Below are positions 30,914 to 40,759 of a stretch of 64,000 nt of DNA, piece after piece. Every line of letters begins with the position of its first letter. Positions within the stretch are counted from its first letter, which is position 1. The translations under genes and the position numbers were made by a program. A model generated the notes under the pieces. The model ran no database searches and was not told the origin of the DNA. It saw only the letters and a list, made by a program, of their open reading frames with translations. Origin of the DNA: Alphaproteobacteria bacterium (GTDB lineage Bacteria; Pseudomonadota; Alphaproteobacteria; UBA828); assembly GCA_963422645.2 (NCBI GenBank), contig CAXXVO010000011.1, positions 96,001 through 160,000 on the forward strand, given 5' to 3'.

Positions 30914-33646
30914 CTACCAGTCAGTCCTCATCAATTGGGCGAAATCACGTCGAGACAGGACTTCCGTGCAGTCACGCCAATCCTTAGCGGAAGGCTCTGT
31001 AGTTGCCTTGTAACGAAGATCGAAGCCGGTGGCCTCCCGCTGCGCGCTAATGTACTCGTCCATCTTCTCTCCCAGTGTTTCAATGTTTTCTATCCACTCA
31101 TCTTTGATCGTGTCCGGCAGGGAACCGAACAAGTTGAAGCGGTCGCGCATGCGTTCTGATAACCGGTCATAAACTTTTTCGTCAACGGTCTTCTCGTTTA
31201 CAAGATTTAGCATATCGACCTTTTCTCGAGCTTGGCCGAACCGCTTGATCCGGCCGATGCGCTGCTCTAAGCGCGTAGGATTCCAGGGCAAATCAATGTT
31301 GATAAGCGTGCTCAATGTTTGGAGGTTGAGACCTTCGCTAGCGGCGTCGGTCGCAACCATGATTTTGATCTCATGTTCGGCGACCATTTTCTTTAGTGTC
31401 TCGCGTTCTATGCTAACACTGTCTCCCTTCTGATAGAGACGAGTGCGGGACGCGCCAGCATACAGACCAATGGCGAGGTTTGGATACCGAAGTGCTAGCG
31501 AGTCCGCCATCCATATCGCTGTGTCAAAGTACTGACTGAAGATGATCACTCCATGGTCTAGCCATTTCTCGCGATTCAAGAAATGAATTGTAGCCTGAAG
31601 CTTTGGATCGCTCTGAATTCGCTCTAAGCGTTCGATGAGACGCTCCAAAGCCATTCTCTCATCCGAGCTCTCAACCGCAAGCTCGATGACTTGTTCTTCC
31701 GTTTCTTCCTCGACGGTGCGACCTGACAGAAGCGTCTTAGCGGTGCTCAGCCCTGCAGCTATGCTGGAGCACATACGTTGCTCCACGAGGTTCTTCATGA
31801 ATCCGCTGCCCTTGCCTCTCCGGGAGAGAGCTTTCCCAAAAGCCCGGGCCTCTTGGTACGCTTCCCTGAAATCGTCATTTGTGCGAAGAGCCCTGCCTTC
31901 GAACAAGGCGTCAAAGAGCTGGACATCGCGGATGTACTGCCGGTCAGGGTGCAGATCTACGCCAATCCGTGGCAGTAGACCGGCGTCTTCGAGGTCAGAT
32001 CGCTTGCGCAAAACGATGTGCCGTATGAAGGGATTCTCACGCTGGAAAAAAGCGGCGCCCGACATGTCGCGCTCCAGCTCCTCCTCTAAGATCTCCCGCG
32101 TGTCACCCGACAAATCAAGCAGGGTTGCGCCGCACTCAGTCTGCCTATCCGCAAGACCAAGATCCTGCCGGATGGCACCAAAAAGTCTTCTTGCCTTTGG
32201 TTCATCCGTTGAGTTGACAACTGGCAATGGCGAGCGGAGAAGGTTCCAACCCAAATCGGGTTCCACGACTTGAGTATGCCCAGCAATTAGGGGGAGAACC
32301 GCATCGGGCTGATGCCACCAAGCGTAGTCGTTTCCAAGAACAAAGTTCCCTTTCCCTTGATGGAGAAGGCGCATAAGATCCCACAAATCTTCCGAGCGCG
32401 TCTGGATTGGGGTGGCAGTTCCTAGAAGCACATGATCGCTTCTCTCTGCGATAGCTCTGGCAAATGCGAGGAGTTCGTTAGGTGTGCCTGCGTCTCGCCC
32501 GAAACCTTGGCGACTTCGCGCCTTGTGCGCTTCATCAAGTATGATAAGACCAAAGCGGAGCCCCAATAAGTGCTGCTTTTCCAAGCTATCGCGCATCATC
32601 AGGCCAGTTGACACAATACCAATTCGAAGTGGACAGCGTACGATTTGCTCTCGCCCTACCGGAGCAATGGCGCGATCGTCGTGGTCGAGCCAAACCTTCT
32701 TCTGAGTATCCCAGCGCGCGCAAGGAATACCCAACTTGTCGATCATTTCCGTCTGCCACTGTTCGCAGAGTGTTGCAGGTGCAAAAATGACGACAGGTTT
32801 TTGTCCAATGTTTGATTTATCTTGAAGGAGGCATAGGGTGAGAGCTGCGGTGCCCAGCGAAAGGGTTTTTCCAAGGCCAACTTCATCAGCCAACAACAGT
32901 CGAACTATGCCATGATTGGAGTAGTGGCGCAGGCACTCGGTCAGAAAGCCCTGCTGCCAGGGTTGAAGTGAGAAGCCTTCTCGATAAAGCGGAGCCTCGA
33001 TGAGCGCCGCAGGTGCAATGTCTGCGGAATCTTCGATCTCGTCGAATAGGACCTCGCGACGATAGCCACGCCGGTGAACCTCTCGGATGACAGCGCGCGG
33101 CAGCTCCTTGGAAGCATTCCAGAGGAACTCGAACTCTTCCTCGATCCAGACAACGCCTTCTGGCGACGAGTCCTCCCAGAGAATTTCGTAGTGGCGCTGC
33201 CAGCCACTGCTGGTCTCGTTCATCGAACCGATGAATCCGAGCTTTCTCCCATCCTCACACTCAATCACCCCGGCCTTGCCATGGAGGAAGCCGCACACAT
33301 TGTCGGGGGCAACCCGGACCGCCTGGCCGTGCTTCTGAAGAAACGTGTCCAGTCGGCGATACCGCTCTCGGTTCAAGAGCGCTTCCGCCTCAAGCCCGCG
33401 TTCATTCCACCGCCCGATCAACTTGGCTTCTCGGAGCTTCGCGATCCTCAGATCATCAGGGTGAATATCGACATTGCAGACGATCCTTACTTCCGGAATG
33501 TGGTCCAGCAGTTCGCCGGCCACTTCGAAAAGCGAGCTAGTGAAGTAGCCGGCGATCCGCTTGTAACTGCGAGCACCCTTGAGGTGCTCGAACAGCACCG
33601 TTTGATCCAGACGATGTGTCCGTGAAGAGAACCGACGAATGGCCAT
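30914..33646 (-). CDS. PLD-like nuclease + SNF2 helicase, anti-phage restriction-like system
   Basis: AGYFTSS, HGK...GSMNET; LADEVGLGKT, DEAH, TATP, SEGLNLQ, LEQRIGR. Confidence 0.92.
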   Translation of the reverse strand: MAIRRFSSRTHRLDQTVLFEHLKGARSYKRIAGYFTSSLFEVAGELLDHIPEVRIVCNVDIHPDDLRIAKLREAKLIGRWNERGLEAEALLNRERYRRLDTFLQKHGQAVRVAPDNVCGFLHGKAGVIECEDGRKLGFIGSMNETSSGWQRHYEILWEDSSPEGVVWIEEEFEFLWNASKELPRAVIREVHRRGYRREVLFDEIEDSADIAPAALIEAPLYREGFSLQPWQQGFLTECLRHYSNHGIVRLLLADEVGLGKTLSLGTAALTLCLLQDKSNIGQKPVVIFAPATLCEQWQTEMIDKLGIPCARWDTQKKVWLDHDDRAIAPVGREQIVRCPLRIGIVSTGLMMRDSLEKQHLLGLRFGLIILDEAHKARSRQGFGRDAGTPNELLAFARAIAERSDHVLLGTATPIQTRSEDLWDLMRLLHQGKGNFVLGNDYAWWHQPDAVLPLIAGHTQVVEPDLGWNLLRSPLPVVNSTDEPKARRLFGAIRQDLGLADRQTECGATLLDLSGDTREILEEELERDMSGAAFFQRENPFIRHIVLRKRSDLEDAGLLPRIGVDLHPDRQYIRDVQLFDALFEGRALRTNDDFREAYQEARAFGKALSRRGKGSGFMKNLVEQRMCSSIAAGLSTAKTLLSGRTVEEETEEQVIELAVESSDERMALERLIERLERIQSDPKLQATIHFLNREKWLDHGVIIFSQYFDTAIWMADSLALRYPNLAIGLYAGASRTRLYQKGDSVSIERETLKKMVAEHEIKIMVATDAASEGLNLQTLSTLINIDLPWNPTRLEQRIGRIKRFGQAREKVDMLNLVNEKTVDEKVYDRLSERMRDRFNLFGSLPDTIKDEWIENIETLGEKMDEYISAQREATGFDLRYKATTEPSAKDWRDCTEVLSRRDFAQLMRTDW

Positions 33647-33670
33647 GTCGCGGGCCTCTCCCTGAGCGCG

Positions 33671-36600
33671 CTACTGGTTGAACGCGCGGAGGTTCTTGAT
33701 CCGTCCGCCGAGAATCTCGGCTGCGTCCCGCACTTCTTGCTCAGGCGCCCTCCGCTCGATGAACGAGAGCATGTCGATCAGCAGCGGACGCACCTCGAGG
33801 AAATCCGGGAGGTCTTCCTGGATCTGGCTGACGACCACGGACGGTTCCACTTCCGCTAGAAGCTGCTGTAGGCCGATTATCAGCCGTCCGAGCCAAGTCG
33901 GCCCGATCTCCGTGCTGTCCGTCAGGTCGCGGGATGTGAACTCGGTCACGCGCTTCAGGCGAGCGCTGTTCGCCGCCATGTTCCCCATGACATTTCCGTA
34001 GTCAGCAACCCGAAACGCCTTTGCGAAGTTCTGATAGTTGTCGAGCTTGCTGGCGCCCGTCGTTTCCATGTCTATCATGCGGAACAAGAACCGCTGGATG
34101 CCTGACAGACGGGACCAAGTCTCAGCTTTCAGCCCCTCTGGCACGAGAAGGCTATTGGCCGCCTCAGCCGCCTGCTGGACGATCTCATCGACGACCGTCT
34201 CCTCACCCCGCTGACGCGGACGCAGGGCGAAACTCGTCACGTCCTCTCCACCGATCTGCGTGTAGGACGTCAAGACCTTCAGGGCTGCGGCGAATCCCGC
34301 CATCTGAAGATCGGCGTCGTTGAAAACCGACTCACCGAGCTTGTCCTTCACCTCCTCATTGAGGTGCATCATGCTCTCAATTTGCCGCTCCACTTCGGTA
34401 CGGACGGCTGGGAGGATGCGTTGCTTGAAGCCAGGGCGTTCGCCCGCTGGCCGCTTGCGCAGCATCAGGATGACTGTGCCCTGGACGTAGCCCCCCTTCT
34501 TGAGCTCGGAAGTCGTTTCAGTGGCGATGTACCAGGCCGCTATCACCTGCAGGCCCGCAGCCCAAAAAATGCCGACCATGTCGGACCAGACGCTGGTGTC
34601 CTGATGGGTGAACATCACGCACTGCATGCCGTTGTCCGGCATGTGCTCCGCCATCGCCCGGTAGGCGTCGACCATACCGCGCCTGAAATCGTCGCCAGAA
34701 CCCTTGATCGCAAATGCCCGGCGCGAATCCCAAGTCCAGTCACGGAACTCCTTCGGCGGGTTCCGTCGCAGCCAGGCGATGAAGAATTCCGTGATCTCGT
34801 GGTAGTTCACGGCGTCGGCGTACGGCGGATCGGTCACCCAATATTCGCAGCTGCGCGAAAGCTGATTGGCGGGAGCGGAGACGACCTCCCGTTCGACATC
34901 GGGCAGTGCCTCCTCCGCCATTCTGAACGACCCCGTGCCGTAGCCTGCCCAAGACCGGGTGGCATAGTTGTAGAAGGTGTTGAGCGCTTGGTTTGAGAAC
35001 ACGCCTTTGGGACCTCCGAGCCCGCCCCCTTGTGATGTTGCCCACCGGCACAGTCGTGAGTTGAAGTCGGCCATTTTTGCGACGTTCAGCCATCCAAGCG
35101 GTGCGCCTGGTGACTCCCGCCACGCTTTCAGCGCCAAGGCCTGCAGAAGCAGTTGTCGTGGGTTGAAGAGATGGTGCCAGTAAGTCCAGCCGCGGGTCCG
35201 GATGGGCTCGTCTGTCTTGGCGCCAGGTTCGATCTGCATGTCTGGCGTCAGGCCATCGGCTTGCCAGGCTGCAAGGTTGTCCGCCACGATCTGTTCGACC
35301 TTGCGTTCCCGCTCCAAGTCGGCCTCGGTCACACTGCGGAAGTAAGTGATCTGCCGCGGCTCGTAGATCGAGTTCTTCGTAATCCATTGGATGGCGTAGA
35401 GCCGCTCCTGGAAGATGTCGTCTTCGCGCGGATCAAAATCAAGCTTCTCCCAACGGCGCAGCCTGTTGGAGGTTGCCCCATCCGGGCCGCGATAATCCCC
35501 GCGAAGGGTCTTCACGGGAGCCCGATAGGTCTTTCCGTCCAGTCCGTAGACGAGGGCGCCGCCGTGGATCGTACCCCTTTCGGCAGCCTTCAGGTCTTTT
35601 GCGGAGACGTTGCTGACCACCTCGATCTCGAAGCGCTTTTTCGAGTGATTGGGTGTCAATTTCGCGATGGCGCCGAGTTTCGGCGAAACGATCCTGCTAG
35701 GCAGCATTGGCACCATCCAGCCGGTCTCCGGGCACCTGGTTTCGAGGCAGTACAGGTACGCTTTGCCGCGGTTCCCCTTATCGTCATGCTCGACTCCGAG
35801 ACGGATCAGTTCTTTATCAACCTTTTCAATGACCGTGTTCTGGGCCTCTTCGAACATTGCGCGGCGCTTCTTCGGTGCGCCAATGATGTTTATCGCACCC
35901 CAAGTGAGCATGCAGGCGATCGGGTTTAAATCGGCAGCGTAGGCATCGCAGCCCATTCGCGCGGCTTCAAACGGAATGGAGCCACCACCGGAGAAGGTGT
36001 CGCCAACGCGCGGTCTATGCCCGAAACGCAAGAAGCCAAGCTGTTCGACAAGCTCAGGTAAGGAGCTGGCCTCGATTCCCCATTGCTCATAATGCTCATT
36101 CACAGCGGGCCAAATCGGAGCGTATAGCCAGTTCTGATCTACCTCTTCCGGACGCTTGCAGAAGCTGGCTTTCTCTTCATAGGTCGCAAATGTCGCAAGC
36201 GCCTGTTCGATTAGCCGGAGTTTCGCATCGTCCAGTAAGTCGCGTGCCCAGCGGAGCGAGATACCTTCTTCATCTGCGTCGAACGGACACTCTAGGTTCA
36301 GCAGCCGGTCATCCTCGAGCAGCTCGTCACGGTCTTTGAAGGTGAAGTAGTCCCAAGGGTTCGACAGCGTGATGCGGGCCGCGATGTGCTTTGGCTTGAG
36401 GACGTTCTGGATGAACGCGCGCCGCGCAAGCCCATGGTCGTCGAACGCCATGAGCTTCTCGAAGATCCCGAGGTCTTTCTCGCTGTCGCCTGTCTGCGGC
36501 AGCAGCGATCCCAGCACCACGGCACGCACCAGGATAAGTGGTTTGCGGCCCTTCCAGTAGGAGCCGAGGCTCGTCAGCGTCTGAGCGGCGACCGCTTTCC

Positions 36601-36697
36601 GCTCCGACTGAGCTTCGAAAGACACCTTCTGCGCGGGGAAGACCGCCTGGATCAGGGCGGGTACATCTTTCAGGGAAACTGAAGTGACTTCGTTCAT
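33671..36697 (-). CDS. DUF1156 adenine DNA methyltransferase, anti-phage restriction-like system
   Basis: YWKGRKPL, DTFSGGGSIPFEA (SAM-binding), TDPPY. Confidence 0.92.
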   Translation of the reverse strand: MNEVTSVSLKDVPALIQAVFPAQKVSFEAQSERKAVAAQTLTSLGSYWKGRKPLILVRAVVLGSLLPQTGDSEKDLGIFEKLMAFDDHGLARRAFIQNVLKPKHIAARITLSNPWDYFTFKDRDELLEDDRLLNLECPFDADEEGISLRWARDLLDDAKLRLIEQALATFATYEEKASFCKRPEEVDQNWLYAPIWPAVNEHYEQWGIEASSLPELVEQLGFLRFGHRPRVGDTFSGGGSIPFEAARMGCDAYAADLNPIACMLTWGAINIIGAPKKRRAMFEEAQNTVIEKVDKELIRLGVEHDDKGNRGKAYLYCLETRCPETGWMVPMLPSRIVSPKLGAIAKLTPNHSKKRFEIEVVSNVSAKDLKAAERGTIHGGALVYGLDGKTYRAPVKTLRGDYRGPDGATSNRLRRWEKLDFDPREDDIFQERLYAIQWITKNSIYEPRQITYFRSVTEADLERERKVEQIVADNLAAWQADGLTPDMQIEPGAKTDEPIRTRGWTYWHHLFNPRQLLLQALALKAWRESPGAPLGWLNVAKMADFNSRLCRWATSQGGGLGGPKGVFSNQALNTFYNYATRSWAGYGTGSFRMAEEALPDVEREVVSAPANQLSRSCEYWVTDPPYADAVNYHEITEFFIAWLRRNPPKEFRDWTWDSRRAFAIKGSGDDFRRGMVDAYRAMAEHMPDNGMQCVMFTHQDTSVWSDMVGIFWAAGLQVIAAWYIATETTSELKKGGYVQGTVILMLRKRPAGERPGFKQRILPAVRTEVERQIESMMHLNEEVKDKLGESVFNDADLQMAGFAAALKVLTSYTQIGGEDVTSFALRPRQRGEETVVDEIVQQAAEAANSLLVPEGLKAETWSRLSGIQRFLFRMIDMETTGASKLDNYQNFAKAFRVADYGNVMGNMAANSARLKRVTEFTSRDLTDSTEIGPTWLGRLIIGLQQLLAEVEPSVVVSQIQEDLPDFLEVRPLLIDMLSFIERRAPEQEVRDAAEILGGRIKNLRAFNQ

Positions 36698-37330
36698 TCA
36701 GGTCTCATCATCAAAAAGGTCGAGCGTCGGTCGATCGCTGGCCTTCCCGATTTGTCGTCTGGCGCAGGGCTGCATAGCGTCACTCTGCGCGACATCTCCC
36801 AACGCATGCTTCAGGGCGAGTCGCCAGCCGCGGCCGCCATCTTTCACCGTTCCGGTGGCCATGGCAGTCATGCCGAAGAGCCACCACCGTTCCTCCGGCC
36901 GAAGCGCCAGCCAGTTGCGGACGGCGACAGGGATCTTTTCTATCTCTAGGTCCTCGACCGCCCACGCCAGAACGCAGATCTCCTTGCCGAGCAAACGGTC
37001 GACAGGGTTTTCACCTACTTTCCAGGCAGATGTCCTCAACCCGTGCGCCTTCAGCCGTGCATTGAACGCGCGCTGGACTTCGCTGCGGATGGCAGTCCAA
37101 CGCGGGCGTTCGAGCACGATGCGATCCATGACGGCGAACTCATCGCTGCTGGCTTGCATCCCGAGGTATTCGCTGATCTGGACTTTGCCAGAGTTCGCCG
37201 AAGGAATCCGGACCTTGAAGTGGTGAGGGTCCGAGGTCGCAGGCACGCCAAACCCGAGCGTCGGATTCGCCTCACGGCCGTCCCTGGCGTCCAGGTTCGT
37301 CCTCCTGCCTGCTGTCTGCCCTCTGGACAT
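36698..37330 (-). CDS. DUF3780 protein, anti-phage restriction-like system
   Basis: VDRLLGKEICVLAWAVE...NWLALRPEERWWLF...GRGWRLAL. Confidence 0.88.
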   Translation of the reverse strand: MSRGQTAGRRTNLDARDGREANPTLGFGVPATSDPHHFKVRIPSANSGKVQISEYLGMQASSDEFAVMDRIVLERPRWTAIRSEVQRAFNARLKAHGLRTSAWKVGENPVDRLLGKEICVLAWAVEDLEIEKIPVAVRNWLALRPEERWWLFGMTAMATGTVKDGGRGWRLALKHALGDVAQSDAMQPCARRQIGKASDRPTLDLFDDET

Positions 37331-37333
37331 GCC

Positions 37334-40300
37334 CTATGCCTCCTGCACCACGTCCCCGGGTCTTAGATCGAGACCCGCGATCTTGGCGAACTCCTTCGCG
37401 GCGAAACCGTTCTCGAACTGGACGCCGTCGCTAATCGTAATGGCGACCGGCGCCTGAACTTCCTGCAGGACCTCGCGAAGGCTGTTGACCACGCCTTCGA
37501 TCATTGCAGCCGTCACTGAACGCTCTTGGAAGCGGACAGTGACAGTATTCTCACCTTCACCGATCTCAATTCGAACGCCCTTGAAGAGCGTGCTCGCGTT
37601 TTCCTTGAACGTGTTGATGACGCCGTAGACCCGGTCGGTTGTATCGAGAGACACTCGCTTGCCCTGAAGCCGGGCCGGCTTCGTATCGTCAATCTGAATC
37701 CGTTTGTCCCCGCTCGCGGGGATCTGGAAATCAGCCGAATTGTTAGCCTCGCCAGCGCGGGCGTAAACGAGCAGGCGGACAGCCTCAGGCCCGATTTCGA
37801 ATGGCTCGCTGTACTCGATGCCGTCCTTGGGATTGGACCCGTCGAGCGAATACGTAATGAACGCTCGAGGGGTCGATTGCAGCGTCACGCGGCGTTTATC
37901 GGCTGCGGGATCAACCTGGTGCCGGATCTTCAGCTCCGCTACCCAACGAATCGGCGGACCGCTTTCAAATTTCCCTGTCGGCTCGTTGACCCAAAAATAG
38001 AGCGAGCCTTCTCCAGTGGAAAAATTGTCCATGTCCTCGACCTTCGGATCAGTTTCACTGACCTCCGGCTTCGTCGAGTAGTGGATGATAGGGCTGTCGC
38101 CCGCGTTTCGCGGTGTCAGGCTGAGCAGGGACTCCCCGGTTTCCGGATTGTTGCCCTGAACTGATACGTTCACCGTCGCTTTTTCTTTCGGGAACGGCCC
38201 TTTCTCGATGTAGCCGTTCTCCCCAAAGCGCCATCGCCCTTGCTTAAGCGCCTCCGTCTTCAGAGTATCCATGCCCCCGGAACCCGGCATCCAAGGCCAC
38301 ACCGGAAGGCTCTTCCCGCGACTAAGGACGTCTTTCCACGGGGTGCGACGATTGTCTTTGCCCGAGGGCCACAGATACTCCTCAGCCATCGCAAAGTACG
38401 GACTAAAGTCTTCTGTCATATCGAGCGCTAGCTTGTAGTTGGCGCGTGGGCTGGCGAGCAGCTTCTCGATCTGAACTTCAGCCGACTGGTCCCCGTCGCC
38501 GACTTTCAGGCCGTTGTCGATGGTCACGGCGACGAGCCGCTCGCTTCCGTCCGTTTCCTCAAGAGCGGGGAAGTAAAGACGGTTGTAGCCAGCTGATAGG
38601 GCCTTGTGAAAGCGGTCCACCGCTTCCTCGAAACGATCTCGCGCCTCTTCATAGAGGGTATCGCCTGACTTCAGTCTCTTGGAGATTTGCTCGATCGCAT
38701 AGAGCTCCCGCAGACGGTCTTCCACAGCGTCAGCAAGATGACTGTCCTGACCAGTCAAGACTAGCAGGTTGTTCTTTTCCTGTTGATAATTGAAGAAGTT
38801 TTCGAGCTCACTCGGAGGCATACGGCCATCTGAACGGATCACGATCAGCACTCGTGGACCGGAAAGACGCAATTCTTCCAGTTTCGGAAGGACCTGCAGT
38901 TCTTGGTATGCGTGTTTGCTAGCAGGCTGAAGAATGCCCACAAGCCGATTCACCAGGGCTTGATCGATCTTTGGCTGCGGTACCTCCTTCGCGGTACGTT
39001 CGATTTGGCGTGAGAGGTTCTCAGTCTCCTTGATCAAGAAGCGCTGTTCCTCGCGATGCAGATACCACGCATGTTCGCGCAAGCGCTCAAGCGCGGCTAA
39101 GAACTCATCGGGCTTTCGGTTCGGGGCTGCGAGAAATTCAATGATCTCGCTGTCAGACAGACCAATTCTTCCCCCAACCGCGCGCGAGAGCGAAGCTGCA
39201 AGCAGCAAGGTCATAACTTGTTGAGCGGCGTCTGTGCCCAGCTCGGCATCGACAGTTTCTGAGATTGCGTTGCCGCTGTCTGCAATGTCACGGGTGACGG
39301 CAGGCAACAACTTGGGGGCGATCCGCTCGACCTCATCCCGGGCTTGGTCGTCATTAAGATCAATGTGTTGGGTACCAATGAGGAAGACATCATCCAACGT
39401 CCGCTGCTCAACGCTCTTTAGAAGACGAGCAGTGAACTGCATAAGGCCGCGCGTCTGGCGGAACCCCTCGTTTTCCTTGAAGAGCGCTACAAGGTGCTTG
39501 AAGGAGGGGTGGAACGGGTAGGTCTCACGGACTTGCTCTGCGATTTGCTCGATGCTCGACGCCACGATGTACCCGCCGTCCTCCGCTTTCTTGACCTGTT
39601 GCGCGTATTCCTCGGCGATATCCGAAATCGTTCTCTCGTCGGGCAGTTTATCGATTAGTCGCTTGTTAAGAATTTCGTAGATTTCGTTTCCAGCTAGTTG
39701 CACGGGAGTAATCGTCATTGCCTGACGCCGCGCCTCTTGCTGAAGGTTTGTAATAGCCTCAGATAACGCCTTACTTTGTGACTTATAGCTTCCAGAGAGA
39801 TTCGCGATGACAATCGCACAATTAGGAAGTTCCAAAGCCGCGCTCATCAACGAGCTGAGGCTATAAACGACCATGTCGGCCAATGTGCCCGTACCTACAG
39901 CTTGTGTTGCGGCGTTCTGGAGGTAGGGTGGAAGCTCGTCAAGAAGTATCAGCGTTGGGATGTCGCCGATAATTTCCTTCCATTTCCGTTGATCGACGGC
40001 CTTGGGACCATTCGCCCAGTGCGGACGAATCGCCTCGTCCGCGCTGAGTTGAGTAGCGATCTCACCCCAAATATAGTTATCCGGATTATTTCTTCCGTTG
40101 AACGCTGCAATCCGAGCCTCGTCAAATTCGACCCGGTCATTGAGCTCGGAGCGAAGAACTTCTGCTCGTAGATAAGGATGGCGTGCCAGAAGGCCGAGCG
40201 CAATCATCATGTGGGTCTTACCACCGCCCATGGCTTGAGTTAGCTCAAAGACCGCTTGATCTGACTTTCCGGATAGACGCAGCATTCCCTCTTTGAAGAG

Positions 40301-40456
40301 CTGCTCCATTCCGTGTGTTACGTAATTCCGAGCGAAGAACTCTCGTCCATCGCCATGGTCAGCAATCAAATCAGCAAGGTGCTCAATTCCTTCAGCCATC
40401 CGGTAATCTCGGATTGCCGGATTAAATGTGCATGCTTGCTTTACTGTCTTGATCAT
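37334..40456 (-). CDS. DUF499 AAA+ ATPase with C-terminal Fn3-like domain, anti-phage restriction-like system
   Basis: QAMGGGKTH, LILLDE, YPFHP, FRQTRG, YSLDGSNP. Confidence 0.92.
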   Translation of the reverse strand: MIKTVKQACTFNPAIRDYRMAEGIEHLADLIADHGDGREFFARNYVTHGMEQLFKEGMLRLSGKSDQAVFELTQAMGGGKTHMMIALGLLARHPYLRAEVLRSELNDRVEFDEARIAAFNGRNNPDNYIWGEIATQLSADEAIRPHWANGPKAVDQRKWKEIIGDIPTLILLDELPPYLQNAATQAVGTGTLADMVVYSLSSLMSAALELPNCAIVIANLSGSYKSQSKALSEAITNLQQEARRQAMTITPVQLAGNEIYEILNKRLIDKLPDERTISDIAEEYAQQVKKAEDGGYIVASSIEQIAEQVRETYPFHPSFKHLVALFKENEGFRQTRGLMQFTARLLKSVEQRTLDDVFLIGTQHIDLNDDQARDEVERIAPKLLPAVTRDIADSGNAISETVDAELGTDAAQQVMTLLLAASLSRAVGGRIGLSDSEIIEFLAAPNRKPDEFLAALERLREHAWYLHREEQRFLIKETENLSRQIERTAKEVPQPKIDQALVNRLVGILQPASKHAYQELQVLPKLEELRLSGPRVLIVIRSDGRMPPSELENFFNYQQEKNNLLVLTGQDSHLADAVEDRLRELYAIEQISKRLKSGDTLYEEARDRFEEAVDRFHKALSAGYNRLYFPALEETDGSERLVAVTIDNGLKVGDGDQSAEVQIEKLLASPRANYKLALDMTEDFSPYFAMAEEYLWPSGKDNRRTPWKDVLSRGKSLPVWPWMPGSGGMDTLKTEALKQGRWRFGENGYIEKGPFPKEKATVNVSVQGNNPETGESLLSLTPRNAGDSPIIHYSTKPEVSETDPKVEDMDNFSTGEGSLYFWVNEPTGKFESGPPIRWVAELKIRHQVDPAADKRRVTLQSTPRAFITYSLDGSNPKDGIEYSEPFEIGPEAVRLLVYARAGEANNSADFQIPASGDKRIQIDDTKPARLQGKRVSLDTTDRVYGVINTFKENASTLFKGVRIEIGEGENTVTVRFQERSVTAAMIEGVVNSLREVLQEVQAPVAITISDGVQFENGFAAKEFAKIAGLDLRPGDVVQEA

Positions 40457-40653
40457 TCTGATTGTCCCACCTGACTTTCGGACTTAACTGAGTCCTTCAC
40501 AAGAACACCGTTTCGCTGGTAGTAAGCGAAGATATTGACCTCGACCAATTTGTCGATAGAGCGATGCTCCTCCCGCGCGGCGGCGCGAAGCATGTCGTTC
40601 ACACTCGGCTCTATACGGAGCGTAAGCGTTGCGGTCTTGTTCTCCACCGTCAC
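40453..40653 (-). CDS. small ribbon-helix-helix (Arc/CopG-like) regulator
   Basis: KTATLTLRIEP...LRAAAREEHRSI; stop overlaps the DUF499 ATG (ATGA). Confidence 0.65.
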   Translation of the reverse strand: MTVENKTATLTLRIEPSVNDMLRAAAREEHRSIDKLVEVNIFAYYQRNGVLVKDSVKSESQVGQSE

Positions 40654-40759
40654 GGCTTCTCGGGAAAGCTGCGAATGTACCGCATTTCGCAGTATCACAT
40701 TGCAGTCTGGATTGCCTAATCAAAAGCGAATCAAGGGACAGCACAGGAAGTTCCGGTTG

